Shown in pieces: positions 37,786 to 46,207 of a stretch of 64,000 nucleotides of DNA. A program made the position numbers and the translations under genes. Within the stretch, counting starts at the first letter, position 1. The number at the start of each line of letters is the position of its first letter. The stretch spans positions 10,588 through 74,587 of IMG/VR virus record IMGVR_UViG_3300017956_006678. One strand, given 5' to 3'. The notes beneath the pieces are model-generated. The model was given only the letters and a program-made list of their open reading frames with translations, searched no databases and had not been told where the DNA came from. The DNA is from a virus.

Positions 37786-40700
37786 ATGAAAAAGAGTTTA
37801 ACATTAGGAAATACAAAATTATTTGATCCTTCAGTTAAAAGAAATGAGAATTTTTTTAGTGATGAGGCTTTTTCAGATTTTGATTTTAAATCTGACAATG
37901 ATCTTTTATTTGAATCTAAAAGAGGTACCTCTAGATCAGGGCAATCATCAAAAACTTCGAAGTTTGGAAAAATATATTCAACTAGAGAATTAAATATTGA
38001 TTTTTCTAAATTTGAAAATCATACTTTTTTTGATTCTGCTGTTTCTAAAACAAATATAGCATTTGATCGAGTCATCAATAAGTTTCCTTTTGATCAGAGA
38101 AAATCTGATATTGAAGATTTTAAAAATGACGGAACAGGTTATGAAAATTATGTTTATGATCAATTTCCAAAAAATAAAGGTTTTATTCATTTCATATCAG
38201 CATCAAATCAACACATAGCCATCAAAGATTTGTCTGGGTATTTATATAGTACTGATAATGAAAAGAAAACCAATAATCCTGTATTCTCTCCGCTCAAAAG
38301 GGGTTTTACTACAGAATTTTGGTTAAGAGTCCCAGAAGAATCAAATCAAGAATCTATCGTATGTCAACTTATTGATACTAGTCGTGCAGGATTTTCTATA
38401 TCTTTAAGCGGGTCATCTGATTCGGCAACAAATTGCAATTTAAGTTTTACTGTGATTAGCGGGTCTAATGCAGAGACAATTACCACTTCATTAAAAAAAG
38501 GTGAATTCAAGTTTATATCTGCAGTTTATGACAACAATAAGAAGAATTCACAAATTTATATAGATTCCCAACTTAAAGTTACTTCGTCATTTAGAGATTT
38601 TGATAACTTAGAAATGAAATTGTCTGACTTTTTAATTGGATCAGGAAGTTCGTACACAGATGATGATGTTAATAGCACTACTTTTTTACCGCTAACAACC
38701 TTGTCAGGGGCAATTGATGAATTTCGTTATTATCATGGTGCAAAAGGTATTACACAAATTCAAGATACACAATACACATCTACTTTTTTAGATGCAGAAG
38801 ATAATCTAGATTTAATACTATATATGAAATTTAATGAACCTGCAGGATCATACACAGGTAATAGTATTGTTTTGGATTATTCAGGAAATAGTTTGCATTC
38901 TCAAATAACAAATTTCAGTGTAGCAATGAGAAATTCAGGGTCAGTTGCTACTATTCCTATAAAAAAAGAAAAATTATCAGATTGTCCAGTACTTTTTGCT
39001 GATAATTCAAATGTAAAATCTTTAAATACAAACTTATTGACTTCTGCATCACTTTATGATGAATTTAATCCTAATTTAATTACAAAACTTGTCCCAGTAC
39101 ATTATTTTCTAGAAGGACAACAAGAAGAAGGTTTTTCTAACTTGACAGGAAGTTTAGGAAATTCTTATGTAGGCGGTAATTTACCTAATACGGGTAAGTT
39201 AGGTTCTGGGCAACTATTAATGTCATTTCTTCTTATATGGGCAAAGTTTTTTGATGAAATAAAGATAAGTATTGATGCTATGGCGGATATACTTCATGTA
39301 TCGTATGATGATTTTGAAGGTTCTTCACCAAATTTTTACAAATTAATTGCTGAAAATAGAGGAATTAGACTTCCTAATATCATTGATAGCAATATAAGTT
39401 TTGATAAATTCCAAGATGGAATTAATATTAATAACACAGGAACTACTTCTGTGTATTCTCTCAATGATTTTCAAAATGAAATCTGGAAGAGAATCCTTAT
39501 CAATATCAGACACATTTATAAGGAAAAAGGAACAAGACGATCATTTCAATCATTGTTCAATACACTAGGTATTGATTTTGATAAGTACTTTTCTTTAAAA
39601 GAATACGGAGGTTCTAGATACCATTATTTAAGTGACTTAAGAAAAGAAGATAAGAAAGTTATTAAATTTATTGACTTAAGTGGTTCCTTTGCAGTTAGAA
39701 GTGATGCTGATAAAGCAGATATCGATGCGCAAGGTTTAAGCAAAGGTACCTCCGGAATTAATTCAGCACCTTATTTAATATCTCCTTTTTTATCTAGTTC
39801 TAGAATTGAAACCGGTTTTCCCGATATAGACGGAACATACGTTCAAAAAAATATATTTCCTCCGCATGGAATATCTAATGCAGTGTCAGATGGTTTGTTG
39901 ACATCAGGATCATTCACTTATGAAGGAATATACAAATTCGTAGGAAGTCACCATGTAACACAAAGTTTAGTTAGACTTCATGTAACAGGAACAGCTGCAC
40001 CAAGTTCAACATCTGGAGGAGTCTTAACAAATCTAATTGCAATTAATGATGGTAATAATTCTAAAATCAAGCTTTACGTTAAACCTCATGTTTCTTCTGT
40101 TGAAAATGATTTTTTAGAAATGCAAATAACTAGTGCTAGTCTATTTGATGGTAACCCGTGGTATGTAAGTTTTGGAAAAATAAGAAATGATGACAATATA
40201 TTTTATAATTCTGTTGATATTAAAAATACACCATCAAGTAGTTTCTTTTTAAGATGTGGAAGATTAGATAGCGGAAGAAAAAATGTTTATTTTACAACAT
40301 CAAGTTTTTATAATGAAAAATCAAGAAAGAATAATCAAACTAATTATTTTAATTCTATTGGCACAACTTTAAATGCAAGTGGTGCATACGCCTTAATAGG
40401 ATCCCAATCAATCACTGAGTCTCCTCGTTTTTTAAATTCTGATCAAGTTGAAAGTGAAGCCAGATATACAAATTTTTCTGGGCAAGTAAGTGGAATTAGA
40501 TTCTATAGTAAAGCAATCACAAAAAAAGGTTTCAAAGAAAGAATAAACAATCCTTTTTCTTTGTCTGTAAAGGATCCTATAAGAAATTATAATCATACGA
40601 CAAAATTAACCGGTTCTTTTGGAAAACTACGCTTAGATAATACAGTTACACGACAAATAACAACAAGTTCAAACGCTTCTGGCGAAATTTCTATATTTGA

Positions 40701-41322
40701 CAATTCACAAAATAATTTTAATTTTACCGGTAAAATGTTTGAAGCTTCAAAAAGAATATTGAAAACAGATCAAATTAAATTTACACGTGTTTCATATGAC
40801 TTTGATCAAAGAATATCTGATGACAAGGTAAGGGTAAGAAGTTACGAATTGCAAAAGAATTTAGAAAATTCTATATACTCAGTTAAAGCACCTCTATATG
40901 AGATACCTGAAAAAGATAAAAATGATAGTGATAAAAGAATTAGTATAGATTTGAGTGCAGTTAAAGCTCTTAATGAAGATATTGTTAAAATGTTTGAAAA
41001 CTTAGAAGTTTTTGATGAATATTTAGGCGATCCTCGTGATGCTTTTGAAGATTCTTATATAGACTTAGAAAAAGCGAGAGAGGTGTATTTTAATGATCTT
41101 TTGCAAAAATTAGATTTAGAAGCACATACTAAATTTTTTACATGGTTTGACAATAGTTTTACTGATCTTTTGCTTAGCTTGGTTCCTTTAGAAACAGTAT
41201 TTTTAGGCGTAAATTATGTTATCGAGCCACATATTTTGGAGAGAAATAAAATAAGATATAATTATAATCATCAATATTTGATAAATTCAAGAAATATTAG
41301 TGACGATAATCAATTTGGATAA
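37786..41322 (+). CDS. Baseplate wedge protein (gp7/tail protein I-like) with LamG-like domains
   Basis: EIWKRILINIRHIYKEKGTRRS (K-G-T wedge motif); FTTEFWLR...LSGAIDEFRYY and FSGQVSGIRFY (LamG-like); VIEPHILERNK. Confidence 0.7.
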   Translation: MKKSLTLGNTKLFDPSVKRNENFFSDEAFSDFDFKSDNDLLFESKRGTSRSGQSSKTSKFGKIYSTRELNIDFSKFENHTFFDSAVSKTNIAFDRVINKFPFDQRKSDIEDFKNDGTGYENYVYDQFPKNKGFIHFISASNQHIAIKDLSGYLYSTDNEKKTNNPVFSPLKRGFTTEFWLRVPEESNQESIVCQLIDTSRAGFSISLSGSSDSATNCNLSFTVISGSNAETITTSLKKGEFKFISAVYDNNKKNSQIYIDSQLKVTSSFRDFDNLEMKLSDFLIGSGSSYTDDDVNSTTFLPLTTLSGAIDEFRYYHGAKGITQIQDTQYTSTFLDAEDNLDLILYMKFNEPAGSYTGNSIVLDYSGNSLHSQITNFSVAMRNSGSVATIPIKKEKLSDCPVLFADNSNVKSLNTNLLTSASLYDEFNPNLITKLVPVHYFLEGQQEEGFSNLTGSLGNSYVGGNLPNTGKLGSGQLLMSFLLIWAKFFDEIKISIDAMADILHVSYDDFEGSSPNFYKLIAENRGIRLPNIIDSNISFDKFQDGININNTGTTSVYSLNDFQNEIWKRILINIRHIYKEKGTRRSFQSLFNTLGIDFDKYFSLKEYGGSRYHYLSDLRKEDKKVIKFIDLSGSFAVRSDADKADIDAQGLSKGTSGINSAPYLISPFLSSSRIETGFPDIDGTYVQKNIFPPHGISNAVSDGLLTSGSFTYEGIYKFVGSHHVTQSLVRLHVTGTAAPSSTSGGVLTNLIAINDGNNSKIKLYVKPHVSSVENDFLEMQITSASLFDGNPWYVSFGKIRNDDNIFYNSVDIKNTPSSSFFLRCGRLDSGRKNVYFTTSSFYNEKSRKNNQTNYFNSIGTTLNASGAYALIGSQSITESPRFLNSDQVESEARYTNFSGQVSGIRFYSKAITKKGFKERINNPFSLSVKDPIRNYNHTTKLTGSFGKLRLDNTVTRQITTSSNASGEISIFDNSQNNFNFTGKMFEASKRILKTDQIKFTRVSYDFDQRISDDKVRVRSYELQKNLENSIYSVKAPLYEIPEKDKNDSDKRISIDLSAVKALNEDIVKMFENLEVFDEYLGDPRDAFEDSYIDLEKAREVYFNDLLQKLDLEAHTKFFTWFDNSFTDLLLSLVPLETVFLGVNYVIEPHILERNKIRYNYNHQYLINSRNISDDNQFG

Positions 41323-41329
41323 GTAAAAA

Positions 41330-42424
41330 ATGACAACATCAATAGTAATCGGTACCAATAAACTTACTGAAAATAATCAAAGTGTATCACAAAAAGATAA
41401 GCAATTTAATGAAGACAGTACTACGTCTTTAGGTGTAAGCGTTGGAAGGAATATAACAATATCTAAACAATCAACGCAAAATGTGTCAGGAGTTAAACAT
41501 GTGTTTTTTCCTGCATTAAATAACAATAACAGATACGGAGAATCAACATCAGTTGATGCTTTATCTATCGATGCAAATTTAGAATCCAAGTCTTCACAAG
41601 GAATTTCAGTTAAAAGATTTAATGACACGCAGGGTGATAACCTCCCTTATCTTTATATTGGAAATATGCCGTATCCAAACACAGTTCATGAAAGATTTAC
41701 ACCTTTCTGGAAAGCTGATATGTACGGAATTCAAGAGCATATTATAAAAAATGATCAATTTTTGGTTTTTGATGATTTAGTGCAAGAATATTCCAATCAA
41801 AATTATATAAATAAATCAAAAAGTGAGCAAAGTTATATTTATCCAGCATTGAGTGGATCTCGTTATTCTAGCGAATTTGATACAAATGCAACAATTGAAA
41901 TATTAGAAATAAGATCAGGATTGATTGGCCCGAAAAGGATAAATACGTTAATTGGAAGTAGCGATATAATTCACAGAGGATTTTTTAGTGGTATATCATG
42001 TGATTTAATGGGTGATAATGAACAATTAAAGAAAGGTGGGAATGTTATTATAGACAGCAAGATTGATGTTAAAGAATTAAACTTAGTAAATAATATTCCT
42101 TATAATGACTCAAAACAAAAAACTTTTTTAAACAATAAGCTCAAACCAATAAGTTACGATGGTTTATACACGAGGTCCTTGCAACCTTTTAATGACAAAA
42201 GATCAGAAGAATATTTAGACAACAAATATGATTTTGCAGGAACAGATGATAGCATGAAAAATTTACTTTATGGAAATGGAATAGAAGCACCTTACTCTAG
42301 GATGAGTGAAATAGGCACAAGATATCAATCTGCTACGTCAGGTTTTGTTTATGATTCTACGACAATAGGAAGTACAACACTAGGAACAGATTCTATCGCA
42401 TTTGGTGGATTGAAAGGAGGATAG
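41330..42424 (+). CDS. Hypothetical virion protein
   Basis: 364-aa ORF within the structural operon; C-terminal GTDSIAFGG. Confidence 0.6.
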   Translation: MTTSIVIGTNKLTENNQSVSQKDKQFNEDSTTSLGVSVGRNITISKQSTQNVSGVKHVFFPALNNNNRYGESTSVDALSIDANLESKSSQGISVKRFNDTQGDNLPYLYIGNMPYPNTVHERFTPFWKADMYGIQEHIIKNDQFLVFDDLVQEYSNQNYINKSKSEQSYIYPALSGSRYSSEFDTNATIEILEIRSGLIGPKRINTLIGSSDIIHRGFFSGISCDLMGDNEQLKKGGNVIIDSKIDVKELNLVNNIPYNDSKQKTFLNNKLKPISYDGLYTRSLQPFNDKRSEEYLDNKYDFAGTDDSMKNLLYGNGIEAPYSRMSEIGTRYQSATSGFVYDSTTIGSTTLGTDSIAFGGLKGG

Positions 42425-42427
42425 AAT

Positions 42428-45400
42428 ATGCCTAAAATTACAACAAGCACAACAACAAGTTTGGCCAAATCAATAAAAGCAAACGATACAACGAATGAAA
42501 CACTTGGATTGGCTACAACATCCCTTTCGGGTTTTCCAACATCAACAATTAATGTTAATGGATTTACAGTATCTTTTTGGGTTAAACTAGACGGATCTAG
42601 CTCAGATGTAAGACATGTTTATCATGACGATACAAGGTCAGGAGTGCATGGAGGTGTTTGGTTCCAAACAGCAAATCAGTTATATTTTAGAGCAGTTAAT
42701 TCTGGAGGAGCGTACGGTAGATATTGGTCAATTGATATTGCAGATTATCAGGAATGGGTTCATGTCGCAATAACTTGGGACGGCGACATGAACAATGGTG
42801 ATACAGAATTGTTTGTTAACGGTGTTTCTCAGGGTGCAGGAACCAATGCACTCGGCACAGGGTCAGGAACAACTCAGGCAATAACTGACTTATACATTTA
42901 TGATAAACAAGGTGTTTTAGATGGTTTTGAACTAAAAGGTGCCCTTGTCGACTTTGCAATGTGGAGTAAGGAATACACTAGCTCACAAATTCAAAACATT
43001 TATAATGGTGGCATTTATAATGATTATTCAGAAATGGGAGGTGTATACACACCCAACCTAATATTATGGTATAGACTAGGTGAAGAATCAACAATTAGTA
43101 GTTTAACAACAGGCGATAGCTTAAGCGCAGGAACACAATTTGCTGCAGCACATACTAGATCAGGTGTTAGTGGCGCTACGCTTACAGCACAGTCTAATAT
43201 AGATATGGAAATTGTAGAAGGTCCATACCAAGTAACAACAACGACAACAACAACTTTTTCCGGAATAACTAGTGATACGCCTAGAAGAACATTGAGAGCA
43301 AAGGATGCAGTAAGTGGACAATATCCTACTATCGCTAGAACTGGCGATTCTTCTAGAATGGGAAATTTTAATATTAATTTTGATGATAGGAATACAATTG
43401 TATTTGAAGAAAATACTACACTTCTTGAATATCCGCATTTAGGACTTTATCAGTCTTCTCATCCCCTCTTAAAATCAAACGCTTCAGCACATTCTACAAC
43501 AAATTCTGGAGTTATAGTAACAACAGGAAGTTTGGTCAAGGGTATCTCTGATGATTACTTATTAAAGGGTGATAGGGTATTAATAGGGTCAAGGTTAGAA
43601 AATGATTTAATAGCCAACGGCGAAGCTCTATCAGGATCTGTCAATATTACTCCATTTGATGAAAGTAGAATTAATTTAGGAACTAGTACATTTTACATGA
43701 CAGGAACTGCAGAAGACGTCTATCCTGGTTTTAGTAGTCGTCTTCACGACAAAACACAAATCGTCATTGATATGACAGCAAATGAGACGACATACTTTGG
43801 AAATACTAATAAATCAAATGATTCTTCTAGTCCTTACTTATATCAGTCCGATACTTCAGATGTAAAACAACCTTATATGGGTTATTACAATCATATACTT
43901 AAAAGATGGGAATCTATAGGTCAAGGTTTTGGAATGAACCAGACGTATGGTACAGAATCAAATTTAATCGATATAGTAAAAAAAGCTCAAATTGGATTTG
44001 ATGGTTGTATTGCAAAAATAGCTACAGGATCAGATCAAACAGGTAATGATTATCGTCTTTTTAATAATGATACACTTAATAGTACAATGAGGCCTATTTC
44101 GACTTTTGGTTTTCCTTTTGATGGAAGATATCATGCAACTGGGAGTCAAATAATTGACATGAGTCAATATATTAATGCACCTTTTGTTGTTGAAAAAGTT
44201 GTTTTTGAATTTAACGCACTTATAGAAACAGGTGATAGCCCAGGTACTGGTGATACTGACACAAATGGTTATAGATTAGGAGCAGGATATGGAGACCCGT
44301 CAGGCATAGGTAATTCTACAGATAGTATTTTTACAAATGTTGAAATTAGAAACTATAACTTTTTCTTGTTAAGACAATTTGAAAGTAAATTTGAAAAAAG
44401 TTGGGAAATAATTACAGGATCTGGAAGTCCTACTAATGAATCGGGTTTTCGATATGGAAAATTTACAGTAACAAGTAGTATTCCCGGGACTTTTGGGTTA
44501 GGAGGCGATAGTAGCACAATTACATTGGTTAAAGATGAAAGAGAATTAATCACATATGGACAACTTATTGATTATCATGTTGATGCATCAAACCCTCTTA
44601 CAAATGGATCAGGTTTTACAAAACAAGACGTTTTAAATAGTCCTCTTATCGCTGGGAGGGATGCAATATTTGAAAGAGAAACAGCATCTTTCGGTCAAAC
44701 ATCAGGTTCATCTTTAACGGGAAGTTTTATTGTCCCTTGTAATGTTAGGCATACTGCAGGAATACTTCCTGCAAATAGAATGAGAGTTTACACAACAAAA
44801 GGGACAGTAACTGAACTAGCTTTATGGATGCAAAATAGATATTCTAGTAGAGGTAGAGATACTTTAGATAAGTCCTCTAGAGCTTTAGTTAATGGTCATG
44901 GTTCAGTTTATAAAGGAGTTACTGAGAGATTACAACCTTTTTCATCTACAGAAGAGGCATTTCCAATAACACCTTCAGCAGCTGAAACGCTGGATGATCA
45001 TTCTCCCTACGTTTTGTTTCCGCAAGATAAAATCATTATAGGTTTTCAATATCCGCCACCTGAAAATTTAAAAACAGCTGGGGGTGTATTTGATGATGTT
45101 AGATTAAATAGAATGGGTTTTAACGGACCAGGAAAAATTACATTATACGGATCGCAAATTAAAGAAAATAAAGAATTTCATGACACGTTAAATCAAAACT
45201 TGACAACCTTAGGTGTCCATGAGGCAATTCATTATGATAACCCAACATTAGATCAATTTTTAGTTGCAACAGAAGCTGAATACAGTGGAAGCTATATGGA
45301 TACATATGTTAAGGGTGGCATTGGATCAGTTGCTAGAAGTATTGTGGGGACAGGCGGTAATGAAATTAGCGGATCTTTGCAGAGATTTAGAGGATTTGAT

Positions 45401-45742
45401 AATAGACAACAGAGATATTATGATTCTGTGTTAATTGATATTGAATCTATGTTTAAAGCTGATGGTTATAAGATGTTAGATGGAACAGCAATAGGGTTGT
45501 CTGATCCAAGAATTAGATTAGGGTCTATTACAACAGTAAGTTCTGGAGAATTTGTTCATAATTCTTGGCATGCAATATTTCCTTTTGAACCTCGTTATCA
45601 TAATTCTGCTAAAAAAATATCACAAAAAATTTATCTTTATCATGTAGGAGCAGAAAATGATAGTACAGGAAATTTATTTAATCGCTCCAATTTTAGTTTT
45701 TTAGGAACAGATGTTACAACTGACGCAGATTTAGAAAAATGA
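42428..45742 (+). CDS. Tail/baseplate protein with N-terminal LamG (ConA-like) domain; ends at a TGA that may be read through
   Basis: FTVSFWVK, EWVHVAITWD, LFVNG, GALVDFAMWS; GGAGG SD. Confidence 0.75.
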   Translation: MPKITTSTTTSLAKSIKANDTTNETLGLATTSLSGFPTSTINVNGFTVSFWVKLDGSSSDVRHVYHDDTRSGVHGGVWFQTANQLYFRAVNSGGAYGRYWSIDIADYQEWVHVAITWDGDMNNGDTELFVNGVSQGAGTNALGTGSGTTQAITDLYIYDKQGVLDGFELKGALVDFAMWSKEYTSSQIQNIYNGGIYNDYSEMGGVYTPNLILWYRLGEESTISSLTTGDSLSAGTQFAAAHTRSGVSGATLTAQSNIDMEIVEGPYQVTTTTTTTFSGITSDTPRRTLRAKDAVSGQYPTIARTGDSSRMGNFNINFDDRNTIVFEENTTLLEYPHLGLYQSSHPLLKSNASAHSTTNSGVIVTTGSLVKGISDDYLLKGDRVLIGSRLENDLIANGEALSGSVNITPFDESRINLGTSTFYMTGTAEDVYPGFSSRLHDKTQIVIDMTANETTYFGNTNKSNDSSSPYLYQSDTSDVKQPYMGYYNHILKRWESIGQGFGMNQTYGTESNLIDIVKKAQIGFDGCIAKIATGSDQTGNDYRLFNNDTLNSTMRPISTFGFPFDGRYHATGSQIIDMSQYINAPFVVEKVVFEFNALIETGDSPGTGDTDTNGYRLGAGYGDPSGIGNSTDSIFTNVEIRNYNFFLLRQFESKFEKSWEIITGSGSPTNESGFRYGKFTVTSSIPGTFGLGGDSSTITLVKDERELITYGQLIDYHVDASNPLTNGSGFTKQDVLNSPLIAGRDAIFERETASFGQTSGSSLTGSFIVPCNVRHTAGILPANRMRVYTTKGTVTELALWMQNRYSSRGRDTLDKSSRALVNGHGSVYKGVTERLQPFSSTEEAFPITPSAAETLDDHSPYVLFPQDKIIIGFQYPPPENLKTAGGVFDDVRLNRMGFNGPGKITLYGSQIKENKEFHDTLNQNLTTLGVHEAIHYDNPTLDQFLVATEAEYSGSYMDTYVKGGIGSVARSIVGTGGNEISGSLQRFRGFDNRQQRYYDSVLIDIESMFKADGYKMLDGTAIGLSDPRIRLGSITTVSSGEFVHNSWHAIFPFEPRYHNSAKKISQKIYLYHVGAENDSTGNLFNRSNFSFLGTDVTTDADLEK

Positions 45743-46195
45743 TTTTTTAATTCGTCATTTGCTGCTTTTTCATTTGGATCCGGCCAAAGAAACATGTTTA
45801 AATTTGTTAATGGCACTACACGTTTACATCGTCCAAAAGGGTTTAAATATGGTATTATTAATGCATTACCACAATTTACCAAAAATATATATCGAGGTGA
45901 TAAATTTGGTCAAAGAGCAGATATGTTAGAACAAGCACAGGATAGCAGGTTTTTAGTAGGTAGCAGTTTTACTTCTGATGGACCGCTAAGAATTAGATTT
46001 GTTTTAGATGATGATGATAATGACCAATATGTTTATTTGAATGAAAATGAAATCATAAATAATACGTATGAATCATCAAATCTGAGCATATATGCAACTT
46101 CTTCACTTCCGTTTTTTGATGATGAAACACCTAGAAATAGAGATTATGATAATATAAGTTTACCTAGTAGTATTTTAGAAGTTGTATCAACTTAG
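45743..46195 (+). CDS. In-frame continuation of the 42428 gene (ORF track calls it from ATG45794)
   Basis: Same frame; 17 sense codons between TGA45740-45742 and ATG45794; no SD before ATG45794. Confidence 0.6.
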   Translation, partial: FFNSSFAAFSFGSGQRNMFKFVNGTTRLHRPKGFKYGIINALPQFTKNIYRGDKFGQRADMLEQAQDSRFLVGSSFTSDGPLRIRFVLDDDDNDQYVYLNENEIINNTYESSNLSIYATSSLPFFDDETPRNRDYDNISLPSSILEVVST

Positions 46196-46207
46196 AGGTA
46201 ACGACTA

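Noticed and set aside
45740-45800. Selenocysteine insertion at the in-frame TGA
   Set aside because: No redox motif context, no evident SECIS-like stem immediately downstream, and the protein is structural.
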